A stretch of DNA of 64,000 nucleotides from an uncultured Chloroflexia bacterium (GCA_963774925.1 CAVZGM010000003.1:7916-71915), one strand, 5' to 3'. Positions 19,692 to 28,935 are shown, numbered from the stretch's first letter. Numbers and translations: made by a program. The notes: a model not told the origin generated them from the sequence alone.

Positions 19692-19708
19692 AACTTGTCT
19701 GACAACTT
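19692..19708. promoter_or_regulatory. 17-bp near-perfect palindrome, candidate operator for the adjacent GntR regulator
   Basis: aacttgtc-t-gacaactt (one mismatch between arms), 25-41 bp upstream of the first gene of the cluster. Confidence 0.3.
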
Positions 19709-19720
19709 ACAGATTTTAGT

Positions 19721-20014
19721 TTACCGGGATTTTCGGGAATTGTCAATTACAGGGCTGACGGTACTCCCCAAATGGTCTTTCAACAGCCAGATGATCGCCC
19801 CATTGATGCGGTAGGCAATCCTTGAGCTGCCCGCTGAGTAATACTTGGTTACAACTTCCTGTGAACCAGTAATCAGTAATTGGCAATTAGGATTCGGGTA
19901 GTAAGTATCAACAAGGTCAATAATGGACTTTACCATGTTTCCATCCCCATCGTAAACGTACACTTCATGTCCGTTCTGTGGTGTTAGGTGTGGGAATTGA
20001 GACCAACTCAGCAT
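19721..20014 (-). pseudogene. Orphan RHS/YD-repeat core fragment
   Basis: YVYDGDGNMV...YYSAGSSRIAYRINGAIIWLLKDHLGST is a typical YD-repeat/RHS shell segment. It has neither the N-terminal shell nor the C-terminal toxin. Confidence 0.6.
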
Positions 20015-20017
20015 TAT

Positions 20018-20668
20018 TCAATGCCCAACTACTATAGAATCCCAAGGAGCTGGTCCTACATACATATCTTTAAGTATTGGATGTCTTGTAAAATATTCAT
20101 CTCTTGTATTTGATGGATGAAAATAAACGATAGTTATCGGATCAGTGTTAGAATTAATCAACAAACCCTCAAAAATTACTTTCAACCCTAATTGCCAATA
20201 AAAGAAAATAATTTTTCCTTCTGTATTTTCGTCTCCTGGTTCTATTACAAAAATTTCATCAGGACAACCATATTTATCAACTAGATTTTGCAGATTAAGA
20301 AAATACTCATTATTATAGATATAAATCTCTTCGACGATATTATCAAAAATCAAAAACGAAAAAAAGTCCCAACTCCAATCTTGAAAAGCAAGTCCATATT
20401 CCTCATAACCATATCTAGAATTCGGTTTACCAACCAGATTAAAAACATCTTCTGCTTGCGTTAGCCCTGGTGTTACACCCATAAAACTTATTTGCCCAGT
20501 ATAAACCGCGTCGGTGACTTCTTTACAGGAATTCATGTATTGATCTGGAGATAAGGTGTTGGTTGGCTGGGGTTTTGATCCCATTTCTACACTAGCACAT
20601 GATGTCATGAGAAACATGATTAATAGAGTTAAAATCATTTTTTGCATTATTTTTTTCCCCATAACCAC
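20018..20668 (-). CDS. Hypothetical lipoprotein encoded on very AT-rich DNA
   Basis: Signal peptide plus lipobox (LLIMFLMTSC). No recognisable domain. Sits immediately upstream of the RHS fragment. Confidence 0.6.
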   Translation of the reverse strand: MVMGKKIMQKMILTLLIMFLMTSCASVEMGSKPQPTNTLSPDQYMNSCKEVTDAVYTGQISFMGVTPGLTQAEDVFNLVGKPNSRYGYEEYGLAFQDWSWDFFSFLIFDNIVEEIYIYNNEYFLNLQNLVDKYGCPDEIFVIEPGDENTEGKIIFFYWQLGLKVIFEGLLINSNTDPITIVYFHPSNTRDEYFTRHPILKDMYVGPAPWDSIVVGH

Positions 20669-20803
20669 AAGATATAATTTGCAGCAAGGGATTGATCTTC
20701 AAATCCAGGATATATCACTCCATTTGAGGATGTGAATATCGCTATTGCCGAAGACATACTTTCTTCAAGTGAATTACCGAACGCATTAGTATCATTCACA
20801 GTT

Positions 20804-21058
20804 TAGTAGGGTGTGTTGCCTGTGCCCTGGCGCGTCTTACCAGCCCTGGAACGATTTTTGTTCCATGGGTGCGCCACGGGAATACCCACCAAAACACTCG
20901 CTCCAAAGGTGACCACGGATGTGAAACATCCCTCCCTCGATAAAATACCTGCACTATTCAGGCATATGGAGATTGTATATCAAATTGGGATTGGTGGGTT
21001 GAAAACCAATTCAACAGCTGAATAAGCGACTCAAATATTCTTGTTTTCAACCTACCCT
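20804..21058 (+). repeat. 255-bp repeat, copy A (MITE-like, starts with a GTAGGGTG head)
   Basis: Aligns base by base with 22554-22810 at a 1750-bp offset with few mismatches. Contains internal hairpins (ggttgaaaac...gttttcaacc). Confidence 0.8.
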
Positions 21059-21070
21059 GCGCATCAGCGC

Positions 21071-21093
21071 GTAGGGTGCGTTACTAACGCACC
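21071..21093 (+). repeat. REP element (GTAG + hairpin)
   Basis: GTAG-ggtgcgtt-act-aacgcacc: perfect 8-bp stem directly after a GTAG tetranucleotide, 30 bp from the RAYT 3' end. Confidence 0.6.
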
Positions 21094-21124
21094 ACCCAAA
21101 CGCACCTCCCAACCCACCCCTTGC

Positions 21125-21650
21125 TCAATCCCACGCCAACCCCTGTAATCTCCCCTCGTTCCCACCAACCCAATCTGCATCATAGATCCCCTCCTTCACA
21201 TACCTTGAGAAACTCGAATACGGCCAATCGATGGCACGCTCGACCAATCCGTGCTTGATCGGATTGTAATAGATATAATCCAAATGGACCTCGAGATCTT
21301 CCTCATTCTCAATTGTGTGCTCCCAAAACCTGCGCTGCCAGATTGCGGCTTCTTTCCGTTTCTGCCGGGAAGCGTTGCGTTCTCCGCCCGGTCCAACCTC
21401 CACCAGGTATCTCCTGGTGAAGCGGGTCTTGATCTCCTTCCAACATGGCATAATTTGCATCCCCCTCAGGCAGCCGCCAGATGCAATGGAGATGGTCGGG
21501 TACCAGGCACACAGCGATGGTCTCGAAGGGGAACCGGTCGGTTACCTCCAACCAAGCCTGACGGAGAATTTTGCGGGATTGTTCGCTGATAAGGATGGGT
21601 TGCCTCTGGTAGGTGACCACGGTGAAAAAGTACGATTCCTCCCTCGACAA
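21125..21650 (-). mobile_element. REP-associated tyrosine transposase (RAYT, IS200-like Y1 HUH), one frame break
   Basis: HUH motif PDHLHCIW and Tyr motif DYIYYNPIKHGLV. Pieces 21309-21650 and 21125-21460 join at about 21440-21460 (GDANYAM/RWKEIKTRF). Confidence 0.8.
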
Positions 21651-21779
21651 GCGACCGGTGATAATTCGGCATATGCTGATTGTATAATAAATTATTCAAC
21701 GAGCACGAGTTTGAAAGTCGGAAATGGAGGAAAGGAAGGAAGGATGAGGACAGGTTTACGAGTGGGGTTGGGTTGAGTG

Positions 21780-21834
21780 GTGCGTTTTCCCATGGCGCAC
21801 AAAACGCGCCAGGGCTCAAGCAACGCACCCTACA
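21780..21834 (-). repeat. REP element, inverted relative to 21071-21093
   Basis: On the minus strand: GTAG-ggtgcgtt-(inner palindrome ccctggcgcg...gcgccatggg)-aacgcacc. Confidence 0.55.
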
Positions 21835-21898
21835 ACTGCCCGCACCCCCGTCAATCAATCCGTTCCATTTGTCTTCTTGCGAACCATCTTTTTCGGCG

Positions 21899-22399
21899 TT
21901 AGCGAAGAATACCAAAAACTTCGAGTAATGGATTAAATTTGGAATTGTCTCTTGTAAACTCTTCACAATAAAGAGTCTCGCGGAAGCAAATGAGTAGATT
22001 ATCACCCGAACGGGAAAGAGTCCATTCCCCACTTTTGAACCTTCGATTCTTCACTAGAATTAGATTTTCGTTTAGAAAAGTGTAATCAAAAAATGAACAA
22101 AACGATTCAATCGGTCTTTTTCGACAATATAAAAGTCGACCGTTTCTAGAGAATTTTACAAATATTTCCTCAAAGTAATTCCCATATATGTCATAGCCAA
22201 TTTGTGTTGCCTGCCATTTTCCAATCATAAACTCACTATGTTCATTTTGCATTAGCGATTCGGTGCAACCTCCACAGGTGAAGCAGAAAACGATAATGAT
22301 TAATAATTGAAGTGAAATTCGTAGTGTGTTAGACGTAGGCTGCGTTCGTTCGATGAACGCACCAACCTCATGTGAAAATCCTGCCCGCATCCCCGCCAA
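21899..22399 (-). CDS. Hypothetical lipoprotein on AT-rich DNA; true start probably internal
   Basis: Lipobox-like ...IIIVFCFTCGGC. No recognisable domain. Confidence 0.5.
   Translation of the reverse strand: MAGMRAGFSHEVGAFIERTQPTSNTLRISLQLLIIIVFCFTCGGCTESLMQNEHSEFMIGKWQATQIGYDIYGNYFEEIFVKFSRNGRLLYCRKRPIESFCSFFDYTFLNENLILVKNRRFKSGEWTLSRSGDNLLICFRETLYCEEFTRDNSKFNPLLEVFGILR
22335..22362 (+). repeat. REP-like element
   Basis: GTAG-gctgcgtt-cgttcgatg-aacgcacc. Confidence 0.45.
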
Positions 22400-22553
22400 T
22401 CAACCCCTCCTCTACCCCTGTTATTTCGACTTATTAAGGATTGTATATCAAATTGGTAATGGTTTTGACTTATTTCCCGCTTCCATCCTGCACCAGGCAT
22501 ATAAAGCATCATAAACCTGGAACTGATGGGAGAGGTTTTCAAGATCCTCAGTA

Positions 22554-22810
22554 TAGTAGGGTGGGGCGCTTGTGCCATGGCGCGTCTTACCAGCCCTGGA
22601 ACGATTTTTGTTCTATGGGTGCGCCACGGGAAAACCCACCAAAACACTCGCTCCAAAGGTGACCACGGATTTTAAACATCCCTCCCTCGATTTAATACCT
22701 GCAATTTTCAGGCATAGAGAGATTGTATATCAAATTGGGATTGGTGGGTTGTAAACCAATTCAACAGCTGAATAAACGACCAAAATATTCTTATTTTCAA
22801 CCCACCCTAC
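22554..22810 (+). repeat. 255-bp repeat, copy B
   Basis: Direct repeat of 20804-21058. Begins tagtagggtg and ends caccctac (inverted GTAGGGTG termini). Confidence 0.8.
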
Positions 22811-22873
22811 CGCTGAGGCTCACCGAGGCATTGTGATAAAATTACCACACCATTCTCAATACTGGAGGGTTAT

Positions 22874-24187
22874 GTGAGCAGGATTTGCGTGATTGGAACT
22901 GGCTACGTGGGACTCGTAACCGGTACTTGCTTTGCCGACCTGGGCAATGAAGTTGTCTGCCTGGATATTGACGAAGAACGGGTGAGAAGCCTGCGGGCTG
23001 GCATCATGCCCATCTATGAACCCGGGCTGGAGCAGCTCGTCAAGCAAAATGTATTAACCAAACGCCTGGTCTTTTCCGGCGATTACATGGAAGCCCTGAA
23101 CGGGGCTGAATACGCTTTCATCGCGGTCGGCACCCCGTCCGGCAACGATGGCGAGGCAGACCTGCGCTATGTGCGCTCCGCCGCTGAAGCAATCGCCGAC
23201 CATGTCACCGATTCCATTCTGGTCATTAACAAATCCACCGTACCGGTCGGCACCGGGGACTGGGTGGCGGACGTCATCAACCGCCGCCGCGGCGGGAACA
23301 AGCTGGCGTTCAGCGTGGTTTCCAACCCCGAGTTCCTGCGCGAAGGCTCGGCCATCAACGATTTCATGAACCCCGACCGGGTCGTGCTTGGCTCCGAAGA
23401 CCGTGAAGCCGCCAACCGCGTCGCCCAGCTCTACCAGCCCCTGCGCTGCACCATCATGGTCACCGACCTGCGCACCGCTGAGATGATCAAGTACGCCTCC
23501 AACGCCTTTCTCGCCACGCGCATCTCCTTCATTAACGAGATCGCCAACATCTGCGAGGAATTAGGCGCGGATGTGCGCGAGGTCGCCATGGGCATGGGTT
23601 ACGACAAGCGCATCGGGCGCGCCTTCCTGGACGCCGGTCTGGGCTGGGGCGGCTCCTGCTTCCCCAAGGATGTGAAAGCCCTGGAGCACATGGCTGTGCT
23701 GCACGGCACCCAGCCGCAGCTGCTGCAGGCGGTCATGGAGATCAACCGCAACCAGCGCCGCCGCGCGGTGATGAAACTGCGCAAAGCGCTCAAGAACCTG
23801 AACGAAAAGACCATCGGCATCCTGGGCATCTCCTTCAAACCGAACACCGATGACATCCGCGACGCGGCCGCCATCGAGATCATCCACCTGTTGCAGAACG
23901 AGGGCGCCCACATCCGCGCCTACGACCCCCAGGCGATGGAAAACGCCGGCAAGGTGCTGAAGAACGTGGAGCTGTGCGAGAACGCCTACCAGGTCGCCGA
24001 AAAAGCCGACGCGCTCATTCTGGCGACCGAGTGGAACGAATTCAAGCAGCTTGACCTCGCTAAAATCAAATCCCTGATGAACGGCGCTATCATCCTCGAC
24101 GGACGCAACCTGTGGGACCCCGAGAACCTGAAGCAGCTCGGCTTCACCTACATGGGCATCGGTCTGGGTCAACTGAACAAGAAATAA
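22874..24187 (+). CDS. ugd: UDP-glucose 6-dehydrogenase
   Basis: GTGYVGL Rossmann motif and catalytic [11 protein letters not shown] start after a ggaggg RBS. Confidence 0.9.
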   Translation: MSRICVIGTGYVGLVTGTCFADLGNEVVCLDIDEERVRSLRAGIMPIYEPGLEQLVKQNVLTKRLVFSGDYMEALNGAEYAFIAVGTPSGNDGEADLRYVRSAAEAIADHVTDSILVINKSTVPVGTGDWVADVINRRRGGNKLAFSVVSNPEFLREGSAINDFMNPDRVVLGSEDREAANRVAQLYQPLRCTIMVTDLRTAEMIKYASNAFLATRISFINEIANICEELGADVREVAMGMGYDKRIGRAFLDAGLGWGGSCFPKDVKALEHMAVLHGTQPQLLQAVMEINRNQRRRAVMKLRKALKNLNEKTIGILGISFKPNTDDIRDAAAIEIIHLLQNEGAHIRAYDPQAMENAGKVLKNVELCENAYQVAEKADALILATEWNEFKQLDLAKIKSLMNGAIILDGRNLWDPENLKQLGFTYMGIGLGQLNKK

Positions 24188-24256
24188 GCCTTAAGCGCGA
24201 ATTATCGGACTCCGGTCGCTCCAATCCACGGATATTCTCACCATAACGGAGGGTAA

Positions 24257-25152
24257 ATGGACAAGACCGGAGTTCTTTTTATCAGCCTGGTGACCGACCC
24301 GGACGACCTGCGGGCGTTCCGCCTCTTGCTGCACAGTATCCGCTCCTTCGCTGGTGAGCTCTCCACCTCTCCGTTCCGCCTCTTTCACCCCGCGGACTTC
24401 CCCATCCCCGCTTCAGCTGAATTCGAGGAGAACGTTGAAATCCATGAATTGGAGGAAGCCGAGCTAAAAGTCGCTTTCCCGTTCTGGCGGAAGGTGCAGG
24501 CTTGCGCGCAGGCTGAAGCGCTCTGTGGCGGAGAGGTTGGCAGCCTGGTCTGGGTCGACCCAGCGTCGCTGGTGCTCAAGCCGCCTCTGGCGTATGTCCT
24601 GCGGGATAATGTTCACGCTACCTTCCGTCCCGTGCACATCCGCAACATCGGGCAGCTTTTCGGTCAGCCGCTGGACGGTTACTGGCAGTATCTATACGAA
24701 TCCCTCTCCTGCTCCCCCGCCCGCGTTCAGCGTGACCTCCTTCGTGGACGGGCAGGACTTATTCCCCTACTTCAACTCCCACAGCTTCAGTGTTGACCCC
24801 GCGCTCGGGTTGATGCAGCAATGGAAAGCCTCCTTCCTTGCCCTGATCAAGGATGAACACTATCAAACCCAATATTGCCAGGACGACCTGCACAGGCTCT
24901 TCCTCTTCCAGGCGGTGCTGTCCATCCTCGTGGACGAAGACCCTCGCCCCCTCCCAGCTCCGCATCCTGCCGGAAACTTACAATTACCCCTATCACCTGC
25001 AGCAGCAGATATCAGCAAGCAAACGCACCGAATTGCTAAACGACCTGGACGTGCTGGTGTATGAGGAACAGAGCATCCACCCCTCCCGGCTCGTCGGGAT
25101 GGATGTGCGCGAACCTTTACGGCAGTGGCTGATCGACAATCTCGAAAATTGA
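24257..25152 (+). CDS. Hypothetical protein, two frame breaks
   Basis: ORFs 24257-24796, 24525-25064 and 24853-25152 read on from one another. No recognisable motif. Confidence 0.5.
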
Positions 25153-25164
25153 CCCCATCGAGTC

Positions 25165-25195
25165 TTGACATTAACGTTACGTCATGGTTTATAGT
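25165..25195 (+). promoter_or_regulatory. MerR-type promoter with 19-bp spacer
   Basis: TTGACA (25165-25170), then a 19-nt spacer ttaacgttacgtcatggtt containing an ACGT-rich partial dyad, then TATAGT (25190-25195). Confidence 0.4.
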
Positions 25196-25975
25196 ATTGC
25201 CATGCACAGCCCTGACAGCTATTCCATTTCCGAACTGGCAGCCCTCGCTGGGGTCAGCCTGCGCACCCTGCGCTATTATGACCAGCTTGGGCTGCTCCGC
25301 CCTTCCTCAAGGCGGGACAATAACTACCGCCAGTATGCACACGCGGACCTGCTGCGCCTTCAGCAGATCCTGATCTACCGCGAGCTGGGCTTTCCGCTGG
25401 CGAAGATCAAAACCCTGCTCAGCGAACCGGGTTTCGACCTCCTGGCGGCGCTGGGGCAGCATCAAGCCCGCTTGCTGGTGGAACAGGAAAGGATCGCGCA
25501 CCTGCTGCAAACTGTGCAAAACACGATCGACCACTTGAAAGGAAACAAGGAAATGACAGACAGCGACCTCTTCACCGGTTTCAGCGAGGAAAAACAGGCG
25601 GAATACGAAAAATATGCCGCGGAACATTGGGATCCGAAACTGGTACGCCAGTCCTCCGCGCGTTGGAAGGCATTATCCAAAGAGGGCAAACAAGCCTTGA
25701 TGGAGGACGGCAAACGCATCACCCTCGCCATCGCCAGGACCATCCCGCTCGGACCCGGTAGTCCGCAAACCCAGGTGCTCATCGCTGAATGGCACGCCTA
25801 CATCAACCGCTTCTACGACTGCAGCCTGGAGATAATGCTTGGTCTGGGCAACACCTACTCAGACCATCCTGAATTCAGGGCGGTCTACGAGAAGATAGAC
25901 CCTGCCATGCCCGCATTCTTCAGCGAGGCGATCCGCATCCACTGCAAGGAGCGCGGGGTGGAAAACCACAGTTAA
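25184..25975 (+). CDS. MerR-family regulator with TipAS-like C-terminal domain; likely real start ATG 25202
   Basis: YSISELAALAGVSLRTLRYYDQLGLLRP HTH and a C-terminal antibiotic-recognition-type domain. Confidence 0.85.
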   Translation: MVYSIAMHSPDSYSISELAALAGVSLRTLRYYDQLGLLRPSSRRDNNYRQYAHADLLRLQQILIYRELGFPLAKIKTLLSEPGFDLLAALGQHQARLLVEQERIAHLLQTVQNTIDHLKGNKEMTDSDLFTGFSEEKQAEYEKYAAEHWDPKLVRQSSARWKALSKEGKQALMEDGKRITLAIARTIPLGPGSPQTQVLIAEWHAYINRFYDCSLEIMLGLGNTYSDHPEFRAVYEKIDPAMPAFFSEAIRIHCKERGVENHS

Positions 25976-25977
25976 GA

Positions 25978-26004
25978 ACAGGGCTGCTTCAGAAGCAGCC
26001 CTGT
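25978..26004. terminator. Bidirectional hairpin between the convergent merR-like gene and uvrA
   Basis: acagggctgc-ttcagaa-gcagccctgt. Confidence 0.6.
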
Positions 26005-26010
26005 AATCTG

Positions 26011-27972
26011 TTATTGACAAGTTTGTTTGTGCAGTGCCAGGTAATCTTTGAGGAATTGCCCGGTGAAGGACCTGGGATTCTCACAGATCTCCCGCGGGGT
26101 CCCGCAGCCGATCAGTTCTCCGCCCATGTCCCCGCCTTCCGGTCCCAGGTCGATGATGTAATCCGCGACCTTGATGATGTCCAGGTTGTGCTCGATGATC
26201 AGCACCGAATTGCCGGCCTCCACCAGGTTCTGCAGCACCTCGATCAGCATGTGCACATCGGCAGCGTGCAGACCCACCGATGGCTCGTCCAGCACGTACA
26301 GCGTCCGCCCGGTCGCCCGGCGGGAGAGCTCCTTGGAGAGCTTCACGCGCTGCGCCTCACCGCCGGAAAGCGTGGTGCCGGGCTGCCCGATGCGGATGTA
26401 GCCGAGCCCGACTTTCTCAAGCGTCTTGAGCTTGTTGGCGATGGACGGGAAGTTTGCGAAAAGCTCCAGCCCTTCCTCGACGGTGAGATCCAGCACATCC
26501 GCGATGGACTTGCCCTTGAACTTGACCTGCAGCGTTTCGCGGTTGAAACGCGTGCCGTGGCAGACGTCGCAGGGCACGTAGATATCCGGCAGGAACTGCA
26601 TCTCGATGCGTAGCTGCCCCTGTCCCTGGCAGGCTTCGCAGCGCCCGCCATGCACGTTGAACGAGAAGCGCCCGGCTTTGTAGCCGCGCATCTTGCTTTC
26701 CGGCATCGTCGCGAATAGGGTGCGGATCTCGTCGAACATGCCCGTATACGTTCCCGGGTTCGAGCGCGGTGTGCGACCGATCGGCGATTGGTCGATGTTG
26801 ATGACCTTGTCCAGGTATTGGAGCCCTTCGACCTTCTCCATCTCGCCGGGATAGGTGTGCGCGCGGTTGAGTTCCCGCGCCAGGTGATTGTAGAGCAGGT
26901 CGATCATCAGGGTGGATTTTCCCGAACCGGACACCCCGGTGATGCACACGAACTGACCCAGCGGGATCTCCACGTCCAGGTTCTTCAGGTTGTTTGCCTT
27001 CGCACCAATGATCTTTAAAGCTTTGCCATTCCGCGGGTGCAGCTTTTTCGGCACAGGCACCATCTTCTTGCCCGAGAGATACGCGCCGGTCAGGCTTTCC
27101 GCGTGATTAAGGATGTCCTCGACGGTTCCTTCCGCCACCACCCTGCCGCCATGCTCCCCTGCACCCGGTCCGAGGTCCAGGATCCAATCCGCGGTGCGGA
27201 TGGTTTCTTCATCGTGTTCCACCACCAGGACCGTGTTGCCCAGGTCGCGCAGTTGTTTCAAGGTTTCCAGCAGTTTCTCGTTGTCACGCGCGTGCAAGCC
27301 GATGGACGGCTCATCCAGCACGTACAACACGCCCATCAAGCCGGAGCCGATCTGGGTCGCCAGGCGGATACGCTGCGCTTCTCCGCCGGAGAGGGAGCCA
27401 GCGGGACGATTCAGGGTCAGGTAATTCAGCCCCACGTTGACCAGGAACCCCAGCCGTGCGTTGATCTCCTTCAGGATCCGTTCCGCGACGGTGCTGTCCC
27501 GCTTGTTTAGCGACCCGGTGCTCATCAGTCGGCGGATGAAATCGAGCGTTTTGTTGATCGGCCAGCGGGTGACCTCGACAATGTTCGCATCCAGCACGGT
27601 CACAGCCAGTGCTTCCGGACGCAGTCGTTCGCCCTTGCAGGTTGGGCAAGGACGGTCAGTCATGAACTCGCTGATCTTGTTGCGGATGTACTCCGATTGG
27701 GTTTCCCGGAAGCGCCGTTCCAGGTTGGGAATTACGCCCTCGAAACTCGCCTGGAAGGTGGTCTTGCGCTCATTGCGCCCTTCCACGGTCATGTTGAATT
27801 GCTGGCTGCCGGTTCCGTAGAGGATCAGGTTGACCGCTTCTTTTGACAGGGTGTTCACCGGCGCGTTGAGGTCGATGTGATACTGCTTTCGCCACCGCCT
27901 CGACCATCTGCCAGTAGTAACCGCCCTGTTCCCGCGGTCCGTTCCATTCCAGCGCGATGATCGCGCCTTCAT
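26011..27972 (-). CDS. uvrA: Excinuclease ABC subunit A, C-terminal piece
   Basis: Second ABC module, zinc-finger CxxC motifs and LSGGEAQR signature. Confidence 0.95.
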   Translation of the reverse strand: MKARSSRWNGTDRGNRAVTTGRWSRRWRKQYHIDLNAPVNTLSKEAVNLILYGTGSQQFNMTVEGRNERKTTFQASFEGVIPNLERRFRETQSEYIRNKISEFMTDRPCPTCKGERLRPEALAVTVLDANIVEVTRWPINKTLDFIRRLMSTGSLNKRDSTVAERILKEINARLGFLVNVGLNYLTLNRPAGSLSGGEAQRIRLATQIGSGLMGVLYVLDEPSIGLHARDNEKLLETLKQLRDLGNTVLVVEHDEETIRTADWILDLGPGAGEHGGRVVAEGTVEDILNHAESLTGAYLSGKKMVPVPKKLHPRNGKALKIIGAKANNLKNLDVEIPLGQFVCITGVSGSGKSTLMIDLLYNHLARELNRAHTYPGEMEKVEGLQYLDKVINIDQSPIGRTPRSNPGTYTGMFDEIRTLFATMPESKMRGYKAGRFSFNVHGGRCEACQGQGQLRIEMQFLPDIYVPCDVCHGTRFNRETLQVKFKGKSIADVLDLTVEEGLELFANFPSIANKLKTLEKVGLGYIRIGQPGTTLSGGEAQRVKLSKELSRRATGRTLYVLDEPSVGLHAADVHMLIEVLQNLVEAGNSVLIIEHNLDIIKVADYIIDLGPEGGDMGGELIGCGTPREICENPRSFTGQFLKDYLALHKQTCQ

Positions 27973-28909
27973 TGAGCGGTCGTTCAGGGTCAGGGATCAA
28001 CAGATCCGGGTCAATCTCCAGCCGGCTGCCGAGCCCCTGGCAATCCGGGCAGGCGCCGTGCGGCGTATTGAACGAGAAGGTGCGCGGTTCGATCTCCGGC
28101 AGGCTGATGCCGTGTTCCGGGCAGGCGAGGTGCTCAGAGTAATGCAAGTCAACTGCAGGTTCCATGGAAAGGTTCTGAATGGTCAGGTAACCCTCACCAA
28201 CCTTGAGCCCGGTTTCAACCGAATCCGTTAACCTGGAAAGGAAGGTCCTCGCCTCGTCGGTATCCGCGGAGTGATTGATCACCAGCCTATCAACGACTGC
28301 TTCGATCGTGTGGACCTTGTAGCGATCCAGACTGACCTCTTCTTCCAGGTTGTACACCTGCCCGTCCACCCGCGCCCGGATGAACCCGGCTTTGCGGATC
28401 TCCTCGAAAACTGCCTGGTAGGTTCCCTTGCGCGCCCGCACCACCGGTGCCAGGACGAGAATTTTAGTGCCTTCCGGCAGGCTGGCGACCTTGTCCACGA
28501 TCTCCTGGGCGGACTGTTTCACCACCACCTTGCCGCACACCGGGCAGTGCGGAATGCCGATGCGCGCGAACAGCAGGCGCAGGTAATCATAGATCTCGGT
28601 TACCGTGCCCACGGTGGAACGTGGGTTGTGGGAGGTTGCCTTCTGGTCGATCGAAACCGCGGGGGAAAGCCCGTCAATGTAATCCACGTCAGGCTTTTCC
28701 ATCTGCCCGAGGAACTGGCGGGCGTACGCAGAAAGGGATTCCACGTAGCGCCGCTGCCCTTCCGCGAAGATGGTGTCGAAAGCCAGTGAGCTCTTTCCCG
28801 AACCGGAGAGTCCGGTGATGACCACCAGTTTGTCCCGCGGGATTTCGACGGTGATGTTCTTCAGATTATGTGCCCGGGCACCTACTACCCGGATGATATC
28901 TTGTGTCAT
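27770..28909 (-). CDS. uvrA: Excinuclease ABC subunit A, N-terminal piece
   Basis: [18 protein letters not shown]...[14 protein letters not shown]. The frame break is at about 27886 (EAVAK / QYHIDL). Confidence 0.95.
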   Translation of the reverse strand: MTQDIIRVVGARAHNLKNITVEIPRDKLVVITGLSGSGKSSLAFDTIFAEGQRRYVESLSAYARQFLGQMEKPDVDYIDGLSPAVSIDQKATSHNPRSTVGTVTEIYDYLRLLFARIGIPHCPVCGKVVVKQSAQEIVDKVASLPEGTKILVLAPVVRARKGTYQAVFEEIRKAGFIRARVDGQVYNLEEEVSLDRYKVHTIEAVVDRLVINHSADTDEARTFLSRLTDSVETGLKVGEGYLTIQNLSMEPAVDLHYSEHLACPEHGISLPEIEPRTFSFNTPHGACPDCQGLGSRLEIDPDLLIPDPERPLNEGAIIALEWNGPREQGGYYWQMVEAVAKAVSHRPQRAGEHPVKRSGQPDPLRNRQPAIQHDRGRAQ

Positions 28910-28921
28910 ACGCACCCTTTT

Positions 28922-28935
28922 CGAACATTTATTCT
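28922..28935. promoter_or_regulatory. Candidate LexA (Cheo-type) box at uvrA
   Basis: cGAACatttATTCt = GAAC-N4-GTTC with one arm mismatch, 13-26 nt upstream of the uvrA ATG and downstream of TATAAT/TACAAT-like hexamers on the minus strand. Confidence 0.3.

Noticed and set aside
20813-22754. Conserved small proteins encoded by ORFs 20813-21025 and 22572-22754
   Set aside because: They lie inside the 255-bp structured repeats, which start with a REP-like hairpin and contain a decayed RAYT upstream region. The conservation is explained at the DNA level.
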